DNA of 64,000 nucleotides from the human T2T-CHM13v2.0 reference genome, Homo sapiens, in assembly GCF_009914755.1 (NCBI RefSeq), contig NC_060935.1; one strand, 5' to 3'. The notes below the pieces were generated by a model. The model searched no databases, had not been told where the DNA came from, and saw nothing but the letters and a program-made list of their open reading frames with translations. The position numbers were made by a program, and so were the translations under genes. The stretch's first letter is position 1. The number at the start of each line of letters is the position of its first letter. Of the stretch, positions 23,116 through 35,518 are shown in pieces.

Positions 23116-23549
23116 TCGTTAGTAAATGAACTAATATCCCTCTTTATAGCAATGCTCTGGGGGCTAAACATTTGCTGGAATTCCTAAGAAAAGATTTCGG
23201 TCAATCTCATCACAGTGTGTGGGTCTCTATGGGACCTTGTAATTCTTCCTATTCACTCTCTATTAATGACAAAATGTGCAATATTTATAACCCTGACTAC
23301 TAGAGCTCTGAAAAGACAGAATGCTTTTTGTTTCTGAACTTGACTGTTGTAAAAAAAGCAACAATTTATGATATTCCTTATAAAGGTTTGATCAACCAGG
23401 ACATATAAAGAGTGTGATCTGGGTTCAATACAGATACAATCCAATAACCCAAAATTTCTAGATTGCATTATAAATAGTAAGAATTGATGTTTACAGTAAC
23501 ATCCATAGGGTACCCAGGATCCTGAATCTTAGACATGAATATTTTTCAA

Positions 23550-24370
23550 ATGTCTTTCATCTCTACCAGTATTACTCTAGTCTAGTCTAAACCACCATGA
23601 GTTTGTACTTTGATTCTAGGGTAGCCTCCTGATTGGTTTTCCTTCTAATTTTGTCTTCCTCTAAACCATTCTTGACATGGCAGCAGAGTGGTTATACACT
23701 TATTCATGTTAGATTGTGAGTGTTAACTAAGAAATTGCTTATCATAGAGTCTGGCTTATTATAGATGCTCAATAGTAAATACTCATATTACTGCAGACTC
23801 CTCTACCACTAGCTCTTTTCCCCATAATAACAAATGGCTACCCCACAGCCTATTATTTTTTCATCATTATCTTCATCATTTCCTTCTACATCATCCAAGT
23901 CTTTTTAGGACCAAATCTAAATGTGCTAATGGCTTCATGATCTTCCTCTGCTTACCTTTCAGGACTCATCTCTTGCCATTTGTCTCCTTGTATCTAACAC
24001 TCCAAACAAATTGAATATTTTAGTTCTTCAGAAATTCCTTGTTCTCTTTCAATTCCATGTCTCTGCACATGCTATTTCTTCTGCATTGAGCACTCTTGGT
24101 CCATGTTCGGCTATCACTTCTCAGAAACTTTCCCTGCTCCCTAAACCCTGGGTTGAGTGACATTCCTATGTGTTCCCATGAACCCTCTACTTCTCTTGTC
24201 ATAATGTATGTCCTGCTATACTGTGATTGCTCCTTTACTTGTCCATATTCCCTTTCTACCATAAACTTTGTGAATGCAAGGACTGTAAAAAAAATCTGTG
24301 TAGGTCAGTTTCACAGCTCCACAGTGGCTTATAGTGGATCCTCAATGAATGAATGAGTAAATGAATGCAA
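23550..24370 (+). mobile_element. L2 fragments with an intervening MIR tail
   Basis: tagcctcctgattgg...cagcagagtg; ctctgcacatgctatttcttctgc...tcaatgaatgaatgagtaaatgaatg. Confidence 0.7.
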
Positions 24371-25334
24371 GAATGAATTTACAATATAACAAAGTAAGAG
24401 TTATTATTTATTGTGATTCAATATAGAGAAAAATCTTAACTATATTTCTGCTAGTTGAAAAAGAAAAAAAAATTGGAGAGAAAAAAACATTGAAATAAAA
24501 AGTAATTCTCTTTGGCAATCAGCTGACCAGAAGGTTCAAATATATTGAACTCCCCATGCCATCCTTGAGCATGTCTGCTAATCAGCGTTTATTGTTTTTT
24601 TTTCTCTACATGGATATGATTGAACCTCTGTTGTTACCCATCAATCCTGAGAGATTTTACCACTGAATTTGAATCTTTGCATGCCTTTTCTCCTGCCTGT
24701 CTAATACAGCTTTCTCAGTTTTCACAAGATGGATGGCATGGTAGAAGCCCTTGATATAGAATCAGGGGATTTCACATTGCATGAGACTTTCAAAAATACT
24801 TGGAAAAGTCGTTCTGCACCACAGATTCAGAGCTTGAAGGGAAATCTCTGAGCTGAGCACTTTATGTGCATTTTCACATTTCATCATAACCAATGGCTGC
24901 CTTCGGTGAAAGTCTGATATCACACTGATAAACACCTGCTGGTGTCTTGTTATGTGTCTGTAGCCTCTGTTAAAATCATCAGCTAGTTGGAGACAGCACT
25001 AGGTCTTACTCATTTTTGTATCTCCAGACTTCAGTGTGATTTTTATTTCCTGGAGCTAAATTCTCCCATAATCAAAATAAAGAAGCAGGACTGGAGAACT
25101 TCTAAGAAAAACATCTAGCTTCAGACATTTTATCTCATTTTTAGGTCAGGCATGTGATAACTGCCATATTATCTTTTAGGTAATATTGGGAATTTATACT
25201 AATGGCAATCACTATCGTGGATATTACAAAACAATAACATCAGTGAGCCTTTCTCTTTTTTTTTATTGCTGTTTCAGCAACCCCTAGAATATTGTCTAGA
25301 ATATAGTAGGCACCTGACCAGTATGTATTGATTG

Positions 25335-25590
25335 CAATAATGAACTATTCATTTCTGAGCATCTTTGGTGTCATCCTGTGTAAGGGTTTTACATAAGTTA
25401 TTTCATTTTATGCTCAAAAAAATTCTAAAAGACAGACATTATTCTAACCACTTTAGAGATCACGAAACTGAGACTAGGCGAGGTTTAGAAAACTGGCCAT
25501 GTTTTCCCAGCTAATAACTAACAGAACCAGGACCAGGGTTTGGATTCAATTTGGACTAACTCTGAAGCTTGTGCTTTTTCCAGAGTGTCA
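25335..25590 (-). mobile_element. MIR SINE
   Basis: cattattctaaccactttagagatcacgaaactgagactaggcgaggtt...ccagctaataa. Confidence 0.75.
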
Positions 25591-26293
25591 TACCACTCAT
25601 TTGTAGCATTCTAACTCCCTGATAATCTTAGCAGGCTTCCTCCTGAGAGTTCAAATCTGGTGCATTTTTGTACAGGAAATGATAATGGGGAGAAGCCTTG
25701 GGAGAAGAAACTAGGAAAGAATAATAATCCTCATTGTAAAGATCGCCATCACAATGTAAAAAGATCTGCTTCTTCAAAAAAAAAGGTGGACCCTAAAAAA
25801 GATAATAAAGATTTAATCCAGCTATGCAACTATAAAACCTCCCCAAGGTTATTAACTTGCAAGGAATAACTCAGATTCTTCCTGAAAAAACAATGAATCC
25901 CATATTTCTTCTTCATAGAAGAGGCCAAGCAGGCAGTTGTTGATGTTCTTTATTAGCAAGCTTACAGCATTGATAGCCTTCCTTTCCCCTTTTTATCTTC
26001 TCTCCTCTTATCGGCTAGTCTGATCAGAACCAGAGCACTGGGGATATTCTTTTATTTCTTTTCATTTTATGATACTGTTGTTATCACATAGTTTATGGTT
26101 CCCCTTGTCTGTGTCATGCAAGCTGCCATAATTCAGCCGCTACATCACGTTCATTAATCTAAAGAATTTTGAATTTTGCTGTGAGTTCTCTAATGATTTG
26201 TCCACAGTGGAATGTTTTTGAAAGAAAAGAAATTAATTTAAAAAGTTTTATTTTTTTAATGTGGCAACTGGAAAATTTAAAATTGTACATGTT

Positions 26294-26535
26294 GGCTGGC
26301 TCGGTGGCTCATATCTGTAATCCCAGCACTTTGGGAGGCTGAGGTGGGTGGATTGCTTGAGCCTAGGAGTTCAAGACCAGTCTGAAGTACATGGCAAAAC
26401 CCTGTCTCTACAAAAAATACTGAGGTGGGAGGATCGCTTGAGCCTGGGAGGCAGAGGTTGTAGTGAGCAGAGATTGTGCCACCACACTCCAGCCTGGGTG
26501 ACAAAGCAAGACACTGTCTCAAAATAATAAAAAAA
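26294..26535 (+). mobile_element. AluJb with internal deletion
   Basis: The left monomer ends tctacaaaaaata and joins directly to ctgaggtgggagg of the right monomer; degenerate TSD aaattgtacatgt/aaattattcatgt. Confidence 0.9.
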
Positions 26536-26856
26536 TTATTCATGTGGATCACATTGTATTTCTACCGGACATCATTGGACTGGACCCTGGGTCACCATCA
26601 TCTCTTGAACCCACCACCCACAATAGTCCATGATTTATTTCTTAAAGTTGCAAAAGCCCCAATTTCTCTGCCTCTGTGCTTTTATTTATGCTATTCAATT
26701 TCAGCTGTCAGGTTGCCCCTCTAATCCACACACTGAAATTTTGTCCCTCTTTCAGGCCTAGCTAAAAATACAGTTACCTTTGAAAATATTTTTTAATGCC
26801 CCTCCTCAGGTTTTCCATGCTACTTTATTGATATTTCCAGTTTGGAACGTGTATTT

Positions 26857-27040
26857 TAGGGCTAACAAACCCCTGGCATCCATGCGGATACTGTCCTCTA
26901 CTTTGTCCATAGCAGACATTGCTAATCTATCACAGCGCTGTCATAGTGAACCTGATCTTTTTATGAGAATCCCCAGTACAGCACTCCAGGCAGCTACTTT
27001 CAAAGGATCAGAGGAGAGGCATGGTTTGAAACGTTGAAGT
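26857..27040. mobile_element. Ancient hAT-like MITE, family not assigned
   Basis: ccatagcagacattgctaatctatcacagc...cagcactccaggcagctact resembles a mammalian hAT MITE. Confidence 0.4.
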
Positions 27041-27656
27041 GCATGAATAGACTGGATGCCCTAGAGGTCTAATATTAACTGTGTGAAAATTTCCTGTTCA
27101 AGTAGAACTCTCAGGGAGGGATCCAACATCATTGCTTTCAAGAGAGAATGGGTGTGAGGGGCCATATTTTTTGCATAGTATCTTTCTTTTCTTTTCTTCT
27201 GATATACCAATTAATTGTTTTACAATCGCTTTGCCATTTTCTGCATCTTTCTTTCTCTCTCTATATGTATATATATAGAATCTATATATATCAATATCTG
27301 TATCTATCTATCTATATATAACTTAGGCAATGTGACTCTTTCAAAGCCGATTGGTTGCTGAGGATTCTAGCTAAGGACTATTTTGGGATGTTGTAAGCAA
27401 TGGAATACCTCCATGCTGAGACAAAGCTCTTCAGTGGTACAAACATAGGAAGCCTCTCTTTTTATCCCTTTTGTTATAAAGGTTGTCTTGGTGATGGGAA
27501 AGGTTAGAGTTGGAAGAAAACTGGAGAAGAGAAAACAGTTTTATAAAAGTTTCTTTTTCTCAACCAGGAAGGAAGAAGTATTACTTCTTTCTTCCTGTGG
27601 AGTGGGTATTATGTGATTAACATAATTCCCCAACTTTCTTGAGCTAATCATTCATT

Positions 27657-27745
27657 GCTGATCTTGAACTCCTGGCTTTAAGCAATCCTCCTGCCTTGGT
27701 CTCCCAAAGCACTGAGATTACAGGCATGAGCCACCACACCTGGCC
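27657..27745 (-). mobile_element. Alu left-arm fragment (AluJ/FLAM)
   Basis: gatcttgaactcctggctttaagcaatcctcctgccttgg...gagccaccacacctggcc. Confidence 0.9.
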
Positions 27746-29089
27746 TTGTTTTATTTTTCTTTTGTATTTGTGTGACTGATACAGGAGAGGAAGAAATGCC
27801 AGGCGCTCTGGCTAAACATCACCACCAAAACCTTTAATACAGATAAAAAGACAACAGCATTACATGATTTGCTTTCAAGGAATGTGAAATCTAGTTGATG
27901 AAGTGAGATAAGCAGAAGACAAATTACAGAAGAGTGAAATAACAGGGTGACAGAGCAATAGAATGGATGGATTAGGAAATAATGTTGCCCAACACGTGAT
28001 GCAGAAACTAAGTGCTATGGCTCATCAGAGAGGAATATCCCTGTTGGGAGGAGTACAGATTTTAACATGAGTGTGCCCTTCTTCAGGAACTCATGCCAAA
28101 AGACACATCATAGGTGACACAGTATTGTGGTAATAAAGCCCAGCTCTTGGCCAGTATTAAAGTCAGACCCACTGGATTCCCAGTGTATTGATGCCTTAAA
28201 ATCCAGTGAGAGGATGCTGGCTCTGGACTTACAGGGCTGTTGGAGAATAATAGAAAGAGAGAATGTTTCTTCTGTTCAGTGAAGAAAAGTGTTTTTTGGC
28301 AGATGGAGAAGAGAGGGAAAACCATGTTGGCTACAGGAATCAGATACAGGATTTTTTCTCCTTCAGCTTTCTGGCTTAGCTCTGGCCTCATCAGAACACA
28401 GGCCCTTTTCCCTGCTTACTTCCCAAACAATTCTGGCCAAAGGGAAGAGTCTCTGTTAGATTATATCTGGGATGAAGCAGAGCAGAGACACTTATTCCTG
28501 AGTGGAATAAGATTCATGATGCCAGGGGTGGGAAGGAACCTGATGTCTTTGGAGATATGACATAGCCTCATAGGAATGTTTCTGTAACCACTGTAGCTGA
28601 ACTGACAGGGACAATGCCAAGACACGCATAAGAAAACCCAGTAATTAATCTATGGAGACACCTTTGCAACAGATCAAATTCAAGATAAGGTATCTCATGG
28701 CATTTCAATTCTGTTTAAAACTGGTATAAAATTGGCATCAGAAAATGACCTCTTTGATGCCAGGGAAGGTCCATAATGCTACTGTGAGCTGCCCCCCTCT
28801 CATCAATCTGCCTTAGTCTGTTTTTTCTTTTTAAAAATTTTACTGAATTTTAATTTTTTTCAGCACTGGACTTGAACTGGGGCACAGAAGTTATGAACAC
28901 TCCCAATGATAAGTGGGGATATCTAGAAACTCAGCCAATGTTATTCTATGTTTTCTAAATCATATGGAAAACATGAAATTCTACATGGACTCCTAAAGAA
29001 AGAATTAGATCTGAGTTCAGTTTTTTTTCTTTTTGTATAAACCACTTCTTTTCTCTGCACATCATAAAACAATTAGCCCCATGAAACAA

Positions 29090-29340
29090 TGATATCTATC
29101 ATTTATTGAGCATTTTAAAAGCACTAACGACAGCATTTAAGTACTTTATACTCATTACCTTGGTCCATCTCCAAAATAACCCCATGAGGTATGTGCAATC
29201 ATCATTGCAATTTTAAAGGCAAAGAGTGGAGATTTAAGTAAGATTAGGTAATTTGCTCAAGGCAGTTAGTAGCAGAGCCAGATTCAAACTTACGTAGTCT
29301 TACTACAAAATCCACACTCTCCACATCTATGTTATACTGT
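29090..29340 (-). mobile_element. MIR SINE
   Basis: atcatttattgagca...aataaccccatgaggta...ggtaatttgctcaagg...agcagagccagattcaaac. Confidence 0.75.
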
Positions 29341-29664
29341 TTCAACTAAAGACTTCCCCAGCTCCCTTTCAACAATAAATGTCAACGATCCTGTGAGTAT
29401 TTATTTCATTGGGTATTGATAGCAACTACTTTCAGAGCCATGAGGTCTGGGGGATGGTTTTTTCTGACTTGGTTCTCACATTTTATATTTTTTTGAGTTA
29501 TTCTAATTTGGTGTAGCATAACAAGACATGCAGTCTACTAATATTCACTAATATTTACTTTGTGTTTCAAAGTTAAGAAAAAAAAAAACCTCTTGTCCAT
29601 GGAATTTGTCCATAGAATTTTTCATTTCATCTTTACAGCAGGCTGTTGGATTAGGAAGTAGGCA

Positions 29665-29790
29665 AGGTAAATGTTACTATCCTTATTTTGTAAGGGCTTA
29701 GAGAGTTAAAACATTTAGCTAAGGTTGCTCAGCTAGTCAATATTGGAGCCAGGAGTGGAATCCTGGTTTTCCTAGCATATTGTGTTACGT
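29665..29790 (-). mobile_element. MIR fragment
   Basis: tactatccttatttt...ggcttagagagttaa...aaggttgctcagctagt...ggagccagga. Confidence 0.6.
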
Positions 29791-30559
29791 TGTTTTGGGA
29801 TTCTAGGAAAATCCATCTTGTCCTCCTAGATGATGTCCTGGAACACAAGGTAAGAACTTGGAGAAAACCCCTGCCATTATTTCTTCTGAATACTGCGAAA
29901 ATTCCTTTTCTGCAGTGTCTCAAATGTATTTGAGAGCTTCTGTGTACTCTTGTAGGACAGAATTCCATGAAGCTTAACTGGTATTTGCCAGGTGGCTGAG
30001 CCCTGGATGAGAAGCATACAGCACAGGGAAAATGAACTAGAGTAAAACAGCTACATCACAAAGGAGTCCTGATGCAGATTTTTCCTAGGCAGACGCTCCA
30101 TTGTTCTGTAATGTCCCTTGTTTGTGGGGTGGGCATTGGCCATTTAGCCAGACAGCTTAAGCATGGCAGTGGGGTGGGGGGGTGGGGTGGGGCGCGGGCA
30201 TCTAAACACAGCCTAGTTACCTTTCTTTGATCACAAGGAGAAACAAGGGTATCAAATACCAGAATACCTGATCGCTGGACAGCATCTCACTGATGGGTTT
30301 GCTGACCCAGGCAGCCTCATTGTCATTTTTGAGACACACTTTGTGCTTTCCTCCCACAGATGTGGCTGGAGGCTAAGCATGCATTTCCACCAGACCCTCA
30401 CTCTGTGGTTTTGGAGATGGGCAAATATTCCTCCTGGATCACCTGCAAACACTCCAGGGCAGCTGGTGTTCATCCCAGATGTCTCATTCCCTGGAAAGTG
30501 GTCATTTCATCCATCAAAAATAGCAGAGACAGCAGTGCAACCTGAGGATTTGCCCCAAC

Positions 30560-31792
30560 GATGTCTGTGCTAAGGATTTGCCAGGACTCACACTGCAGTT
30601 TGACTGAGCAGATTAGTGAGGATGATTCAAACCCAAATCTGATAGTACCCAAGAGGATAGTGATGGATCTTTCCTAAATCATGAGGTCATTCCTACCACT
30701 GGCCCCACCCTGCAAGTCCTGGAAGCCTCGGAGTCAGAGTGTCTGATTTATTCTTGGCAGCAACCAGGTGGGTCCTTGTGTAGATGCAGCTGGTGAATAT
30801 AATTTGGCCTTGAGCTCTGACAGCTCTGGTCTCCATCATTATTCTTCTCTACTCTGGACCCAGGAGGCAACTTCTCATAGACTAAATTCAGGCCAGAGGC
30901 AGGGACCAGGTGACATTTCCCTTTCAGGGTAGAAAAACCTTGTCTTATCTTTGACAAAGTACTTGTGTTGGCCAAAGCCTTAGACATTAAAATTAGCGCT
31001 AATTTACTCTCACAGGCCTCAAAGTGAAGGACAGCCTCTCTTATCCAGGAAGGTGCCATGATGCTGGCATTTCCACCCACATTTTTCCTTAAATACAATC
31101 ATTAGTGGCATCTTATAGAATGATCATGACTACTAATGAGTCCCTTATTTATACATAATACTTTATACTTTCCAAAGCATTGTCACATATATCATCGCAC
31201 TTGATTCTCAAATGTTTTTAAAAATATAGAGTTGTTAAATATTCTATTCTCACCCCCAAAGCCAAAACACTTTCACACACATAGCATATCAATGTCTCAA
31301 AATTTTAAAGTTTTCATCACTTGCTTTTCACGTTTTCCATTTTCCTCTCATCTACAATGTACTCGACCTTTTTGCTGGCTGTTTCCTTATGAATTATACA
31401 TTACCTAGTACCCCAAGTGATTTAAGTATCCTAACATTTTAATGCGTGTAAAACAAGGCAAAAATAAACGCCAAAAAGTCCCCTGCCTCAGCCAGCTGGA
31501 AAGAACTAGGTAGGGCTATAGTACCTTGGGTGAGTGATTGTCCCACACTCAATAGAGAAGGAAAGGGAGCCACCTGAGAGACAAGATAAGCTGTTAAAAA
31601 TGCAGCTGCATCTTCTTAAAGCAATAGGGAAATAAAAGAGGCAAGTAGAACACCAGAGGCATATCTCATGGCTGCGAGAAAAGAAAAGATGTCTGTGCTA
31701 AGGATTTGCCAGGGCTCACGCTATAGTTTGAGCAGATCAGTGAGGATGATTCAAACCCAAATCTGATAGTACCCAGAGGACGTGATGGATCT
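30560..31792. repeat. Dispersed direct repeat of about 110 bp (30560-30670 and 31688-31792)
   Basis: gatgtctgtgctaaggatttgccagg...gtgaggatgattcaaacccaaatctgatagtaccca...gtgatggatct occurs twice, about 90% identical. Confidence 0.93.
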
Positions 31793-33119
31793 GAATATAT
31801 GAAAATATTGATGGATCCGAAAATATAGAAATATTTTTGTGGCCACTGAAAATATTTCTCTTGCCGCTGAAGTGGTCATTAAGGTATTTTCATTCAGAAA
31901 ATGCCAAGCAAAGACAAGGAGTTTGAAAGGTGTGATGGCAGAGATTTGGTTCTCACTGGGCTCTTAGGGGCACAGGCTTCTAGAACTATCTATAGCAGCT
32001 TTAGTTCAGGAGTCTGTTGAATGTAATTCACCAGCAGAAAAATAAAGTGGGTATGAGGAGGCAAGTTTCACAGGTGTAAACAAATCCATAGCCTTTGTCA
32101 CAGGACTAAAAACCTTTGCTCTTTAGGTCAACTCAGGTGATTGTACTCACTACGATTTCAGCACTGAGGTGCCAGGAGACAGGGCCCCAATAGGACATAG
32201 AAACCAAGAGGATGTAAATCAATTGAATAGAATAAAAAAGCACCTCTAATAAAATAACCTAGTGATTGGGGCTGACATAGTTGCAAATTCTTAAACTTTT
32301 CAAGAAGACATGAACATCTCTGAAATGCTATTTTGTGAGAACCCCATCCCTCATGTGTCATGACCATAGGATTATGATCTACATTTTATGATTAACATCT
32401 TAATGAGAAGTTTCTCACACTTGAGTGTAGGATCAAATGTAATGAAATCTAAACAACTGGGATAGATGATCTGGCATCCTGATGAGGTTGAATCCAGGAG
32501 AATCCTTTCTGTTTTCCCTTTCTCTTTAGATTCCTCTGAAGACTCTATTCTGGTCTTTGTCAACAGTTAATATGAGGCTAGATTTCTCCAAGTACTGGCT
32601 TTGGGAATATTATTTTGCAACCTCACAAGGAGCTGGGATTGACTTGTTTTCTATATAATGTGGGAGTGTAATTTGGATTTATGAGAATTTGAGATTGAAT
32701 GAATCCAACTTCAGAACTTCTTATAGAGGTGTATATTTCAGTGGAAGATGGTTTAGGCTGCATTTGATGAAGGAGTTTCAAATATATTGACATACTTCAT
32801 GATGACATTGAGCAGATTACTTGGAGAGTAAGGATTTTGGACTGTAAAGCATGTGGACTTTGGAGTTGCTATGGGCTTTAATTTATAGGAAATCAAGAAT
32901 TTGAGGTTTGAATTTCAGTTTCTTTCTGCATATTGGATAATGAGCAGAGGTCATATTTGACCTTGTGTGTTTGATATTGGAGGGTCTTTATGTTGCTTTT
33001 TTATTTCTATGAGATATTTGGGGAGCTGTATTGACTAAAGTAGGTATGCATAATTTGGGATGGGAATTAGAGTCACGGAAAAATTTAGCTTAGGATACAA
33101 GGTGGCCTTCGATTTAATT

Positions 33120-33540
33120 ATTAATCAGCTATTGCTGCAATAATGCTGTCTAACAGATGACTTCAAAACTTAGTGAACTATGACAGCAAGCATTTATTTT
33201 CCTCATTTATTTAGCCTGCAGGTCAGCTAGAGAATTTCTAGCTGCTGGTTGGCTAGGCTCGGCTGCAGGTTGGGTTTAGGTGTGCTTCCTATGTCTCTGT
33301 ATTCTTCCTGAATGAACCAGCTGCCATATTCTTTTCATGATCAACAGCAGGTGCTCAAGAGGGCAAAAACACATGACCTCTTATGAAATTGGCTCAGAAC
33401 TGGACACTGTCATTTCATTCACATTCTATTGGCCAAACCCAACATCATTTGACCAGGAAAATACACTGTGCCCACTCTTGTGCACTGCAAGATCTTACAA
33501 TAGGACATGAATGATTGAAAACAATGTCTAATCAATGACA
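33120..33540 (-). mobile_element. MLT1H-like MaLR LTR
   Basis: tcagctattgctgcaataatgctg...ggctcagaactggacactgtcatttc...cacattctattggccaaa. Confidence 0.75.
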
Positions 33541-35219
33541 AGTAATATGCTTCTTGTCTTGTTGCATCTGTTATTTCATCTTTTATTCATTTAGAAGTGT
33601 GGTCAAATATCATCCTTTAAGTCTTCTATAGTTCCTACAAATTTAGGCTTATTGACTGCTTTCTTTAGGGGCTTACCCCAAAATTATAGAATTAGAATCT
33701 TCCTGGATGGGCTTCAGGAATTTACGTGTTTAACAATCTTGGTAGATGATTTCAATGAACTGTTAGATTTCAGTAGTGGTCTGTTTAGCTCAGGAACTCA
33801 GCTTCTATTCAACAGTGAGTTAATTATCACCTAGTTGTTAATTGGTTGAAAAATTATGTATGTGTCTAACTAGTTCAAGCTACATTAGACTTTTCACAAT
33901 CTTTTGGACCCATCTTGCAATTTTCAGCCTTGTCCATATTACCCTTTATATCCAGAATGCCTTTGACTCAAGTGTTCCTATGTAAATTCTACTGTACCCC
34001 AAATAAGTGATATTTTAAGGTCCACTTCAAGGGCTATTTTTAGCTATTATTATTAATTCAGCTAATTAATTCAGCTAATATTTTTTCAATTTATCTTTTC
34101 TTATTTTGTGTTTCTGTATTACTTATCAGGTCCTGCATTTTATTAAAGGTAATTGAATATATACCTCCATCCCCCAATTAAAAGTATCTTGATGACAACA
34201 ACATGCCCAATTCATCTTTGTGCCCTCCTCAGCTCCTTGTAACTGTAACTTTTCTCATTTTCAAAACTTAACTATGGTTCCCCTTGGATGCAGTTTCCAC
34301 CTATGTCTTTGTTCCAGGTCCCCATCTACCCTTTCTCCCTTCAATCTTGCTGATTTTAAGACACCATAGGCAGTGTCTTTAGGTTTTTGAGCCTTCCTTC
34401 TTCTGATATCACCGTATCTATACAAACCTCTCACTTTGTCTTTGATTTTCCCTATTCCAGCTTCAATTTTGCCATTTTTGTCTCTTCTAGTTCTTCACTT
34501 CAGTAAGTATATTGCAGCAGGGGATATAGATTTTTTCTTTTAAGCCTCTGGCTTTACTCTTCCCTTGAGAGCTTTCTCTATATTATTTTGAAAAATATCC
34601 CACTGATGCCTACCCCTTGAAAGAGGAGGAGGCTTTCTTGTTCCAGTTTTGATCATAGATTTTAATCATGTTTCAAAATTTTTTCCTAATCAAACTGGAG
34701 CATTTTCTCATTGTACGTATATTTTATGCCAAATCCTCCAGCTCTTCAACAATTAATTCTTGCTATTTCCTTAGTGTGACTGGACAGGGGATTCTTTTTT
34801 ACTTTACTACTACTTTCTTGTGCATAAATCTTAATGATTCTAAAGGGCCACATTCTTCTTTTGGTAAGTACACTCAGGACTTTTAGGAATGTGTCACTGA
34901 CTCTATGGTGCTATCAATGCATTCTACATATTTGGCTTTCCAAGGTTACTCTAATATCCTCCTTGCCTTGTCATTTTGTGTGGTTAAAATCTCTTCCTAC
35001 CACCACAATTCTTGCTGTCAAAGGGGAAAGTACTATTCCCTTAAATATATTTCTTTTACTTTCCCGTTTTGCAGAAAAAAGTTATGAAGGAGGGTATAGG
35101 CTTTCCCAATTTTTATGTAACTGCTGTTTTGAACTATACAAATGACAATGCAACATAATTACAGTTTTCTTTTTCTTTTTTTTTTTTTGCATCCCATAGT
35201 CCTTTTAAAATTCATTCAG

Positions 35220-35518
<299 letters not shown>

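Noticed and set aside
25660-25869. ORF containing KKKVDPKKD, which recalls a motif in MRPL40
   Set aside because: The match is confined to a short A-rich, lysine-rich stretch. The flanking residues do not continue the similarity, and there is no poly(A) or TSD, so it is not supportable as a processed pseudogene.
30560-30670. Duplicated C/D-box snoRNA (gatgat...ctga)
   Set aside because: There is no canonical RTGATGA C box or terminal stem, and the core is MIR-like.
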